Both the position numbers and the translations under genes were made by a program. Below, piece by piece: positions 1-8,989 of a stretch of DNA of 64,000 nucleotides. This DNA is from a virus, in the IMG/VR virus record IMGVR_UViG_3300045988_162372, one strand, 5' to 3'. The notes beneath the pieces are model-generated. The model was not told where the DNA came from, searched no databases, and was given only the letters and a program-made list of their open reading frames with translations. Each line of letters opens with the position of its first letter. The stretch's first letter is position 1.

Positions 1-2754
1 ACCATTCTTATTATTAAGTCTTGTTCTCAGATTATTGCTATTTAATGTAGCAAACATACTTCTTTCATCAAGGTTATACAACTCATCATAAGATATAAAC
101 CCATCTGGTATTAACAAACTTTCTGAATAGTCATTATTGTCACCACTTTCTAGTTTTGCCAAATCCTCTATGTATTTTGTTTCATCAAGCGATACTCCAA
201 ACTCACATATTCTCATCAAGTTAATACAAGATTTAGGCATTAATTCAATGGTTGAACATCCAATACCATAGAATAATCCTCCATCTGGTCTATCACATTC
301 ATCTGTTTTATTAACATTACCCCAATCTCTACCAGTCATTTCTGTATGAGAACTATAATCAACTACATATGAACCATTTTCATCTATTGAAGTGCTTACT
401 TCATTATCTGTAAATAAGATGGCTTCTGGAAGTTTATATGTAGTCCCATCCAAATTCTTAAAGAATTGAGGGATACCATTCATATCACAATCATTTAAAC
501 TACCTAATAAAACAATATCCGTAGCAAATAGTAAAACTACGTCACCTTGATTATTATTCAATGAAGGTAAATATTGCAATGCCTTATAATAATACACTGT
601 TTGTCCATACATATTTTCACGAGTAAGAACTACTCCATAATCGACGTTTTGTGATTGTTTTGATTCATGACAATCATCTCCACATCCAGGATTAGAACCT
701 ACTTTCATTGGCGTTATATTAGCTGTTGTACTATTAAAACTTGCATATTTTGCATCATTCATTCTTTCTCTGTTCAATGCACAGAATTGCCATATATTAA
801 GGTTTCCAAACTGTCTATCGGCACTGCACCATTCATCCTTTGCCTTACGACTAAATAACCCAAATAAAAATGATTTCTTAGGTGTTATTTTTCTATACCA
901 TAATGGCGCATATAATGTGCCATTTACCCAGTCATTTTCAAAATTAAAGTTTACACAATCATTCTCTTGTGCAAGGCTTGTTTCGATACATGTCATAAGT
1001 GTACTTTCTGCAATAGAGCCAAGACTAGAACATTCTGCCATCGTCTGCTCTTCTACAGGTAAATTCATATTTTCTTTGTTATGTTCTTCTGTACTTAAAT
1101 CACATACACATCCTGTACATCCAGGGTAATAAGTTTTCTTATTAACCCCATCATCGCAAAATTCTGAGCTTAATTTAATACATTTAGGGATTGCCTTTTT
1201 CAAGAAGCCAAATGGACATACCTTGAATTTCCATATACCTATACAAAGTTCTGACAACCAGCAAGGTATTAAGCCTATGATACTAAAAATAGTATTAATG
1301 AAACCAATGATATATATAATAACCTTAGTTATTACACATATCAAACGGTATGTAAATGACAATTTAATACTTACATTAGTATATGGGAACGGGTTGTTAT
1401 CGCCATAATAATTAATAGCTTTTACACCTGTATGCTTTCTATTTGTTTCTTTACTGTTTTTCTGTAATCTTGGGATATAACTTTTAACTGTATATACTTT
1501 ATTCCAAAATAAATCTTTATATGATTCCTCTCTCGTTAAACTGCCAAACTCATAATCCACTTCCTTTGTTTTATAAAACATAGGAAAATCCTGCTCATTA
1601 TTCCTTGGATTATTCGGAACTAAAAATCTGCATCTTTTTCTTGCTTCTGCATCATTAGGTGTTTCATCAAGACTAATCCTAAACCTAACTCTTGTTCTTG
1701 TAGGAATACCTCTATTCGGGTCATCTGTAGGAACAATGTTCCCATATTCGTCTGTTCTTACATAATCCAAATTCATAGGTATTTGATAACACCATATTCC
1801 ATCCCCATCTATAAGTCTGTTACCTTTGATTTGAAATTCCTCTACCTTACCATCAAGTGTTTTTCTAATCATTTCGATAGAGCCTTCTCCTGCCGCCATA
1901 TTTTCCATGCGGCCACAACCTTCCGTTGCTGCACAGCTTTTTCCTATAGCATTAGCGCCAGTGTCTGTTATAATAGAACCCATAAAAATGCAAGTAGGTT
2001 CAAACTTATATTCTAATTGGATGTCACATCTTGTAATTGCAATTGTTTCTTCTGTATTTGAAGTATCACCCCAATAAGGATATACATATACACCCTTATT
2101 TTGTGAAAATATTTGTGATAACGAATCAAGATTTTGAGATTGTCTAAATTTATTAGGACTTTCAAAAAGCTCTGCATTATAACCCTTATATATCATATCA
2201 CGGGGTCTTTGACTTAGAACCCCAATATCCGACAAATCCACATCTACATGTAATTGTTGATCTCCTGTCGGAATACCAAACAACATATAATCACCTGCTT
2301 CATTTGTAACAGTTGTATATTTCCAATATTTATCAAATATCTCTATAATATCATTGTTATCCAATACAAGTCGCTTATTAGGAAAAGTACCTACATTCTG
2401 ATAACAAGCACTTATTTGCTCATCTGGTAATAAATTGTATCTTACACCATTTGCATCAGCATCTCTTATTGAAGTAAATGGGTATATTCCCTTTGCTACA
2501 ATACTTTCAGCATCATCTACTTCAATAAAGATTGAAACTTTTGCATTGGGTATTCCAAATGCGTCATTTGCTAAAACACGTCCTACAACAATGCCGTATG
2601 ACGATTCATAAAAATTATATGTATTGGTTTGATTTAATTTTAAACTTAACACCTCTAACATATCGTAAGTCTGCTGTAATTTAACATTTAATACATTAGG
2701 TGCATCTGAACCAATACCAGTATGTATTCTATAAGTGCTAATATTATCTTGCAT
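1..2754 (-). CDS. large tail/baseplate-associated structural protein; C-terminal part lies outside the window (918 codons visible)
   Basis: Missing from the ORF track because no stop codon falls inside the window. I reverse-complemented and translated every 60-nt block from ATG 2754..2752 (MQDNISTYRIHTGIGSDAPNVLNVKLQQTYDML...GRVLANDAFGIPNAKVSIFIE...). The frame stays open to base 1 (...YNLDERSMFATLNSNNLRTRLNNKNG). The ATG overlaps the upstream ORF by 11 nt. It lies just downstream of the gp25-like and J-like baseplate genes. The N-terminal motif resembles carboxypeptidase-regulatory-like beta-sandwich domains. Confidence 0.6.
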   Translation of the reverse strand, partial: MQDNISTYRIHTGIGSDAPNVLNVKLQQTYDMLEVLSLKLNQTNTYNFYESSYGIVVGRVLANDAFGIPNAKVSIFIEVDDAESIVAKGIYPFTSIRDADANGVRYNLLPDEQISACYQNVGTFPNKRLVLDNNDIIEIFDKYWKYTTVTNEAGDYMLFGIPTGDQQLHVDVDLSDIGVLSQRPRDMIYKGYNAELFESPNKFRQSQNLDSLSQIFSQNKGVYVYPYWGDTSNTEETIAITRCDIQLEYKFEPTCIFMGSIITDTGANAIGKSCAATEGCGRMENMAAGEGSIEMIRKTLDGKVEEFQIKGNRLIDGDGIWCYQIPMNLDYVRTDEYGNIVPTDDPNRGIPTRTRVRFRISLDETPNDAEARKRCRFLVPNNPRNNEQDFPMFYKTKEVDYEFGSLTREESYKDLFWNKVYTVKSYIPRLQKNSKETNRKHTGVKAINYYGDNNPFPYTNVSIKLSFTYRLICVITKVIIYIIGFINTIFSIIGLIPCWLSELCIGIWKFKVCPFGFLKKAIPKCIKLSSEFCDDGVNKKTYYPGCTGCVCDLSTEEHNKENMNLPVEEQTMAECSSLGSIAESTLMTCIETSLAQENDCVNFNFENDWVNGTLYAPLWYRKITPKKSFLFGLFSRKAKDEWCSADRQFGNLNIWQFCALNRERMNDAKYASFNSTTANITPMKVGSNPGCGDDCHESKQSQNVDYGVVLTRENMYGQTVYYYKALQYLPSLNNNQGDVVLLFATDIVLLGSLNDCDMNGIPQFFKNLDGTTYKLPEAILFTDNEVSTSIDENGSYVVDYSSHTEMTGRDWGNVNKTDECDRPDGGLFYGIGCSTIELMPKSCINLMRICEFGVSLDETKYIEDLAKLESGDNNDYSESLLIPDGFISYDELYNLDERSMFATLNSNNLRTRLNNKNG

Positions 2755-3022
2755 CTTTCTTTTTGAAAATTTTCTTTGGATTTCTTATTCTAACAGACGG
2801 CTCTTTTCCTAAAATTATACACGCAATGATGTAAATTATGAGAGGAATTATAACAACTATAAATACACAAATGGTAATAATCCCAAAAATGAATTGGCTT
2901 ATCCATCCTGCAACAGAATTAACAATTCCTTGATTTAATTCGTTTTCTTCTTGTTCCAATTCTTCCTTGTTATCAGATATGCCCTTTAACTGGTTATATC
3001 TTTTCTTGCAATTACATCCCAT
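2744..3022 (-). CDS. small membrane protein
   Basis: 92-aa ORF with a long hydrophobic core (WISQFIFGIITICVFIVVIIPLIIYIIACIILG) and a basic C-terminus. It lies between a hairpin terminator and the large structural ORF. Confidence 0.5.
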   Translation of the reverse strand: MGCNCKKRYNQLKGISDNKEELEQEENELNQGIVNSVAGWISQFIFGIITICVFIVVIIPLIIYIIACIILGKEPSVRIRNPKKIFKKKDAR

Positions 3023-3044
3023 ATTTATAAATTTTATATGAATA

Positions 3045-3093
3045 CTTTATTATAAATAAAATGACTATCTCTTTCCTTATAAAGATAGTCATT
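3045..3093 (-). terminator. rho-independent terminator after the baseplate J-like gene
   Basis: 11-bp perfect stem AATGACTATCT (3060..3070) / AGATAGTCATT (3083..3093) with a 12-nt loop. On the minus strand it is followed by TTTATTTATAATA. Confidence 0.6.
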
Positions 3094-3119
3094 CCCATAT
3101 ATTTTATCAATATTTTCTT

Positions 3120-5153
3120 TTATCTTTGTTTTACTCTCACCTTGATATCATTGTCATTCAAAATTTCAAACATTGAATTAGCTTCGCTGAACAGTACCAT
3201 ATCACTTGCTTTTAAATCAATCTGTCTGTCAAAATTCTCGCCTGCTTCTGCATAATCATAGCAACAGTCAGAAATATCAATCAATTGCTGTGTAATTGCA
3301 TCATCCGAATAACCATCTCCTACAGGATTATATGCTCTCAGTTCAATTACGTTGTTTACACCATCTAATTTCCCGATTTCTTTTTGTAAGTCGCCCAAAA
3401 ATATATCTTCCCCCATTTGATGTCTTCTTATATCCATATAGTCTGTTACTGTCTCAATTACACGTTTAACAACCTCACTCTTGTCGTATGCCTTATCAAC
3501 AAATATATCTATTTCAAATTTGATATTAATGATTTTTCCTGATTTTATCTCAATGAAGTCATTAATCATCTTATAATTTGTAAGATATTCCTTAATATTA
3601 TCAGCAACTGGTTCTGCAAGCTCTCTCATAAGATTTCCATTATAATCCAATCCAAGCGTATAAATGGCAATCTTATTATTTTCTTCAATAATACCAATCC
3701 TGAATGGGCAACCATATCTTGCGGGAATTTGGAGTATCTTTGAATAATAATCTCTCAATGTAACACATCTGTTCTGACTTGCATTATTATACTTAATCAA
3801 GTATCTCAACTCATCAGCCGTAGGTTCGTCTTTGCCTCCATAAGACGGTGTGGTATTTGTTACAGAAATCGAATTCTGCACATCTTTCATTTTCTTGGCA
3901 TTATCTGGGTCTGATGAATTACCACAAATGGTATAATTGATATATACAATATTTGTTAATGTATCTCTTGCAATGTTGCTTTCTTCGCCACCACCTACAC
4001 GATACATGATGTATATCGTATTTCCACTTTCAGGAAGAACACCCATATAGTCATTGGCTTGCATTCTTGACATCATGTATTGAGTAAATTTCTCAATACC
4101 TTCATCTTCGTTTGGAATTGTTCCATATTGATTTCTGATACCTGCTCCGAAAATTACCTTTAATTGCCAATTATTGGTATATTCAGTAATGAATTTGTTT
4201 TTCAATCTCTTCCATTTACCTTTCGTAACACGTCTATACGTTACCTCATTACCTTCTTCATCTGTATAATTACAATCTTCCCATACTGGATTATAATAGT
4301 AATATGTACTTCCATTTCCACCGTTTACTTCTACTTTTTCTTCCTCGTAACCAAACCTATATTGGTCAATAAGGGCATCCACTTCAAAAAACCTTTGTAT
4401 TGGTTTACCTGTCGTATCAACATATTCTTCATCATCTACAAAAAATTCATTCGTTGATGGGTCTGTATTCAAGTTTGTACCCTCTTTAACAATAATTGAT
4501 TCAACTCCCATAATATTTTGGTCTTGAATAAGTATTTCCATAAACGGCTCTATGTCACTTGAATCCAAGACTTTCTTGTATATCTTGCTTTGACCTGCCT
4601 GAACAACTGCCAATTTTGAATAATTGTATGATATAATATTGCCATTTGCATCCCTTACTGGTGCTATTATTCTATTTGAAACACCGTTTTCGTCAAATTG
4701 TTCCCTAAAATCAACATCCTCAGTAAGTTCAAATGTAACCATGCCAGTTGAAAATAGCGTTCCTCTTTTTATAACTGGTGCGTAACTTTCATCCGCAAGT
4801 CTTAAATCACCTGTACTTGCATCTCCTTGTTGATTTAATGGAAGATTACATGAAATCTCGACTTCACATAAAGCACCCTTTTTCCCTGGTACTTTTAAAC
4901 CATTACTTCTTGCAAGTTGTAACAATGAACTTGCCTGTTGTGCTGAATTAATGTCTGTTTCTTGAAATATCCTATCGAGATGATAGCTTAAATCATCACT
5001 TGAAGCTGCCAATAATTCAATAAACCATTGTCCTATCGCTGCATCGCTGAAATCCTTGACTATGTTAGGGTAATATTTCCTTGTAAGTTTCATAAACTCA
5101 TCACGGAACTCTGAATAATTCCTACTCGAATATGGTATTTTTGTTTCACTCAT
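3120..5153 (-). CDS. baseplate wedge protein, Baseplate_J / T4 gp6-like
   Basis: 677 aa, immediately downstream of the gp25-like gene. The N-terminal region (FRDEFMKLTRKYYPNIVKDFSDAAIGQWFIELLAASSDDLSYHLDRIFQETDINSA) follows the pattern of baseplate J-like proteins. Confidence 0.6.
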   Translation of the reverse strand: MSETKIPYSSRNYSEFRDEFMKLTRKYYPNIVKDFSDAAIGQWFIELLAASSDDLSYHLDRIFQETDINSAQQASSLLQLARSNGLKVPGKKGALCEVEISCNLPLNQQGDASTGDLRLADESYAPVIKRGTLFSTGMVTFELTEDVDFREQFDENGVSNRIIAPVRDANGNIISYNYSKLAVVQAGQSKIYKKVLDSSDIEPFMEILIQDQNIMGVESIIVKEGTNLNTDPSTNEFFVDDEEYVDTTGKPIQRFFEVDALIDQYRFGYEEEKVEVNGGNGSTYYYYNPVWEDCNYTDEEGNEVTYRRVTKGKWKRLKNKFITEYTNNWQLKVIFGAGIRNQYGTIPNEDEGIEKFTQYMMSRMQANDYMGVLPESGNTIYIMYRVGGGEESNIARDTLTNIVYINYTICGNSSDPDNAKKMKDVQNSISVTNTTPSYGGKDEPTADELRYLIKYNNASQNRCVTLRDYYSKILQIPARYGCPFRIGIIEENNKIAIYTLGLDYNGNLMRELAEPVADNIKEYLTNYKMINDFIEIKSGKIINIKFEIDIFVDKAYDKSEVVKRVIETVTDYMDIRRHQMGEDIFLGDLQKEIGKLDGVNNVIELRAYNPVGDGYSDDAITQQLIDISDCCYDYAEAGENFDRQIDLKASDMVLFSEANSMFEILNDNDIKVRVKQR

Positions 5154-5173
5154 TGCCTTATGATTAAAAAGAA

Positions 5174-5557
5174 TTAAAGTTTTGTTATAAGTTGATAAGT
5201 ATTGTTGAATGTACTATCCTTTACGCTGTATTTGATATCCGCTACAAGCCCTCTACCATCATTCACTTCATAAATCTCTATATCATCAAGACTTGCATTA
5301 GGAACAAATTTTGAAACAGCTTCCTTTATATCACTTTTCACCTCTCCCCACGTCTGTGTGTCATTCGGATTGAAAATAAATTGTATAAGGTTTGTTCCAA
5401 ACTCAGGGTCTCTTATCTTCTGCCCTTTTGGAGTGAAAATAAGGTGCATTATGGCACTTTTTATAGCGTCAGGTGGAGTTGTGTCCAAATCGAGAAAAGT
5501 CTTCTCTATAGACTTTATATTAAACGGAAATTTTATCCCATAATGTGTAATTGCCAT
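5174..5557 (-). CDS. baseplate wedge protein, GPW/gp25-like
   Basis: MAITHYGIKFPF...DAIKSAIMHLIFTPKGQKIRDPEFGTNLIQFIFNPND...VKSDIKEAVSKFVPNASLDDIEI matches the gp25/GpW pattern. I prefer Met14 of the track ORF (5174..5596) as the start. Confidence 0.7.
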   Translation of the reverse strand: MAITHYGIKFPFNIKSIEKTFLDLDTTPPDAIKSAIMHLIFTPKGQKIRDPEFGTNLIQFIFNPNDTQTWGEVKSDIKEAVSKFVPNASLDDIEIYEVNDGRGLVADIKYSVKDSTFNNTYQLITKL

Positions 5558-5606
5558 ACTTATCTCAATATTTTTATATAAAAATAAATATAGCAAAATC
5601 TGTTTA

Positions 5607-6134
5607 TTAACTCAAGGAGTAATCCAACTTAAACTGTGCAATACATTCAATATCTTCAGTAGGAACTTTTACAACAATGTCCTTTCTACCCCATCTTTGA
5701 TAGGGAACATAACACTCTTTCGGACATTTATACACAAGTTCCTTTCCTGCAATATTCCATAGAATATTTCCATATAAATCACAAGGTTTGACAAATAACA
5801 CTTGTTTTCTCGTCATAAAAGCAATATAGTCCATTTCCCCAAATATCCATCCTTTATAACCAGTAACGCCTTGTATCTCTATCCAATGAATTGAATCATC
5901 AGCTTCCTTGTCCTTTCTATTGTTTTTCTTAATACCTTTGACATCAATACCTAATCTACCTTTTTTTGGTGAATTCCACCATATATCAATATGTTTCAAT
6001 TTATCTTCATTGGTTGTTGATTTCTCACAAGTTCCACCACATAATTCCTCTATAAGTTGTCCTACGAAATCTTCTGATTTCTTTCCATTTGTCAGGTAAT
6101 CTTGTATTATGTCATATAGTCTTTTGTTTTCCAT
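5607..6134 (-). CDS. hypothetical protein, possible PD-(D/E)xK-type nuclease
   Basis: 175-aa ORF with its own host-type promoter 23 nt upstream. HIDIWW...GIDVKGIKK loosely resembles a D...(D/E)xK motif. The functional guess is weak. Confidence 0.4.
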   Translation of the reverse strand: MENKRLYDIIQDYLTNGKKSEDFVGQLIEELCGGTCEKSTTNEDKLKHIDIWWNSPKKGRLGIDVKGIKKNNRKDKEADDSIHWIEIQGVTGYKGWIFGEMDYIAFMTRKQVLFVKPCDLYGNILWNIAGKELVYKCPKECYVPYQRWGRKDIVVKVPTEDIECIAQFKLDYSLS

Positions 6135-6156
6135 TAAAAACGATAATATATTTTTG

Positions 6157-6187
6157 CAAATATACTATTTTCCAGTAATATAACAAA
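6157..6187 (-). promoter_or_regulatory. Bacteroidota sigmaA-type promoter (-33 TTTG / -7 TAnnTTTG) for 5607..6134
   Basis: Minus-strand TATATTTG is at 6164..6157 and TTTG at 6187..6184, 19 nt apart. Extended match: AATAGTATATTTGCAAAA. Confidence 0.7.
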
Positions 6188-6199
6188 AAAGTAGCCTGA

Positions 6200-6682
6200 T
6201 TAATTCAAGCTACTTTTAACAAATTTACCATCTTTATTTTCCCATATTGTTTGATTGGAAGAACCTCGAAAGTTTAATGTTAAATCTCTTTTATTTTCTT
6301 CGTATCTCCCATCAACAATATAATCACATAAATTGATTATCTCTTTTTGTTCGTCATTTAATTCTGATAAATAATAACCCGTCCATAACCATATATCTTT
6401 ATCAAGGAATTTATTTCTCACCTCTTTTAACAAAGACAGCAATCCTTCTCCTTGTTGTAAAGGTTCTCCGCCTAATATACTTAATCCTTTAATATGCTCA
6501 TTTGATAATGCTTCAAACAATTCTCTCTTAGCATCATCTGAAAATATTTTTCCACTATGAAAATTCCACAACTCTTTATTTTGGCAATTATGGCAATGAA
6601 AGTTGCAGCCACAGAAATAGATAACGGTTCGTATTCCCAAACCGTTAACTATATCCATTTTTTGTATTTTTGCGTAATTCAT
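6200..6682 (-). CDS. nrdG: anaerobic ribonucleotide reductase activating protein (radical SAM)
   Basis: GLGIRTVIYFCGCNFHCHNCQNKELW carries the CxxxCxxC radical-SAM cluster. 160 aa, directly downstream of nrdD. Confidence 0.85.
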   Translation of the reverse strand: MNYAKIQKMDIVNGLGIRTVIYFCGCNFHCHNCQNKELWNFHSGKIFSDDAKRELFEALSNEHIKGLSILGGEPLQQGEGLLSLLKEVRNKFLDKDIWLWTGYYLSELNDEQKEIINLCDYIVDGRYEENKRDLTLNFRGSSNQTIWENKDGKFVKSSLN

Positions 6683-6693
6683 CTTTGTACTAC

Positions 6694-8841
6694 TTAAATA
6701 TGTTTAACACGATGCTTAAATTCTGACATTTTTCCTTTGTTTATATCCATACTTGCGTTTAGATAACCACAAACACGCCTACAAGCAGACAACTTATTTT
6801 TATCTCTGTTTCCACATTGGGGACAATACCAATTACTTTCCTCGTCTATCTGAAGTTCTCCCTCGTATCCACAAGCTGCACAATAGTCTCCACCAGTTGT
6901 GTTTACTTCTGCATATTGAATTGTATTATACATGTGTGTAATAATTTCAGACAGTGCTTCAAGATTATGATTCATATCAGGAATTTCAACATAGGATACT
7001 GCACCACCTTTACTCATTTTTTGATATTGGCTTTCAAAAGATAGTTTATCAAACGCATTACATTCTTCACATACATTGATATGATAGCTATTTGTAAACC
7101 AATCTTTATCTGTTATACCACAAATTTCACCAAACCTATTTCTTGTTTTTTGTGCAAACTTATATGTGAGGCTTTCAGATGGTGTTCCGTAAAGACTTGC
7201 ACCATTGAGTCCTGGTATATTTCTCCATTCAATAGTTTTCTCTTCAAGATGTTTCATTACTCTTTCTTGAAATTTTGAACCTATTTCACTTGTATTACTT
7301 TCTCCTGTCATTACTTTACACATTTCGTAACAGCCAATATAGCCTAATGATATAGAAGAATAACCGTCATCAAGATACTTGTCAATGATATCATTTTCAC
7401 CAAGTCTTGCAACACTTCCATAACGCCAGTGTATAGGTGAAACATTTGCACTTGCGCCTCTTAATAAATGGTCTTTTATTAACATTGCTTCCTTGCAAAG
7501 TTCAAGACGTTCATCAAGAATGTTCCAAAACTTTTCTTCATCACCATCACTTGATAATGCAACGTCAACAAGATTAATCGTTACAACGCCTCTATTAAAC
7601 CTTCCATACCATTTGTATTTGCCATTTTCATCTTTCCACGGTGAAAGGAATGATCTACATCCCATACATGGAAAAACCTCATTATCAAACTGTTGCCTCA
7701 TTATTTTAGCCGAAATATAATCTGGATTCATACGTTTGGCAGAACATTTAACAGCTAAATCAGTCAAATATCTATATTCACTATCTTTTGGCACATTGTT
7801 TTCATCGAGTACATAGAGTAATTTAGGAAAACTAGGCGTAACATAAACACCATATTCATTTTTCATGCCTAAATATCTTAAATTCAGCATCTCTTCAATT
7901 ATCATTGCTGTTTCTTTAACATATTCAGGTTCTTCGTTAAGATACATAAAAATACTTACGAAAGGTGTCTGCCCATTATTACTGCTAAATGTGTTTTCCT
8001 GAAACTGTATAGTTTGGACACCATCTTTTATTTCCTGTTTAAGGAGTTTCATTGCTTGTTGTTTTATTTGCTCATCTGTTGCATTAATACCTATTTCAGC
8101 AAAATTATTTTTTAAGTGTTCTATATACTTGTTATAAGACACTCTGACAAAAGGTGCTAAATGAGATACTGAAAACGTTTGCCCGCCATATTGACCATTT
8201 GCAACTTGTAGACTAATTTGAGTAGCAACAGTGCAAGCCGTTTTGAATGATTTAGGTGTTTCTATCATTTTGCCGTTAATTACAGTCCCATTTTCAAACA
8301 TGTCTTTTAAATTTATTAACTGACAATTGAACATTGGCTGTATCATATAATCCATGTCATGAATATGAATTATACCTTCATTATGAGCGTTTAATATATG
8401 TGTAGGAAGTAATTTTCTTGCAGCATAACTTATTGATTCTGCACCAGCAATCAAATCTCTTTGCGTGGAACTCATTCTTGCATCTTTGTTAGCGTTTTCT
8501 GAAATAGCTTTTTCATTAGAACCATCAATGATGCCAATAATATCCTTATCTATAATGCCGTCTTGCTTTTGAAAATGTTTTGTTGTTTTATATCTTTCAT
8601 AAGCATTAGCTGTTAAATCCTGCCCATAATCAAACAATTTTTTAAGGACAAATTTATCAACATCTTTAGAATATACTACATCTTTTTTACCAAATCTTTC
8701 TTCTGCTTCCTCTGCTATTATATTTGCAATTCTGGGGTAGTATACCCCACTGCCAGTTTTCATTGCTTTTGAAACTGACTTTCTTATCTTGGAACTATCG
8801 AATGTTCCCTCTCTTCCATCACTACTTATATACTTTGTCAT
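6694..8841 (-). CDS. nrdD: anaerobic (class III) ribonucleoside-triphosphate reductase
   Basis: The N-terminus looks like an ATP-cone. The C-terminus has a zinc ribbon (CAACGY...CPQCG) followed by the glycyl-radical motif RRVCGYL. 715 aa. Confidence 0.9.
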   Translation of the reverse strand: MTKYISSDGREGTFDSSKIRKSVSKAMKTGSGVYYPRIANIIAEEAEERFGKKDVVYSKDVDKFVLKKLFDYGQDLTANAYERYKTTKHFQKQDGIIDKDIIGIIDGSNEKAISENANKDARMSSTQRDLIAGAESISYAARKLLPTHILNAHNEGIIHIHDMDYMIQPMFNCQLINLKDMFENGTVINGKMIETPKSFKTACTVATQISLQVANGQYGGQTFSVSHLAPFVRVSYNKYIEHLKNNFAEIGINATDEQIKQQAMKLLKQEIKDGVQTIQFQENTFSSNNGQTPFVSIFMYLNEEPEYVKETAMIIEEMLNLRYLGMKNEYGVYVTPSFPKLLYVLDENNVPKDSEYRYLTDLAVKCSAKRMNPDYISAKIMRQQFDNEVFPCMGCRSFLSPWKDENGKYKWYGRFNRGVVTINLVDVALSSDGDEEKFWNILDERLELCKEAMLIKDHLLRGASANVSPIHWRYGSVARLGENDIIDKYLDDGYSSISLGYIGCYEMCKVMTGESNTSEIGSKFQERVMKHLEEKTIEWRNIPGLNGASLYGTPSESLTYKFAQKTRNRFGEICGITDKDWFTNSYHINVCEECNAFDKLSFESQYQKMSKGGAVSYVEIPDMNHNLEALSEIITHMYNTIQYAEVNTTGGDYCAACGYEGELQIDEESNWYCPQCGNRDKNKLSACRRVCGYLNASMDINKGKMSEFKHRVKHI

Positions 8842-8989
8842 AACTTCAAAAATTTTATATTAGGTATTAAATATATAGTCTCCAAAAGACGAAAGTTTAG
8901 CACCTAAATTTTAAGATTTCTTCTAAGTCGCTGACTATCATAGCGAAAATTTTTTAAAATTTATTTTACTATAAATTCCTGAGTTCTCG

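Noticed and set aside
1-2743. Apparent 2.7-kb ORF desert in the supplied track, which could suggest stop-codon reassignment or noncoding DNA.
   Set aside because: Translating the minus strand from ATG 2754 gives an uninterrupted standard-code frame to base 1. The track simply omits ORFs that lack a stop inside the window. TAG, TAA and TGA all serve as ordinary stops elsewhere (for example TAG ends the tape-measure gene and TGA ends 16806..17420).
6694-8841. Possible intein or intron in nrdD, a common target in phages given the many homing-endonuclease-like genes here.
   Set aside because: The ORF is continuous, of normal length (715 aa), and contains no obvious insertion with intein block motifs or an embedded endonuclease. 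The same holds for the helicase and SNF2 genes.
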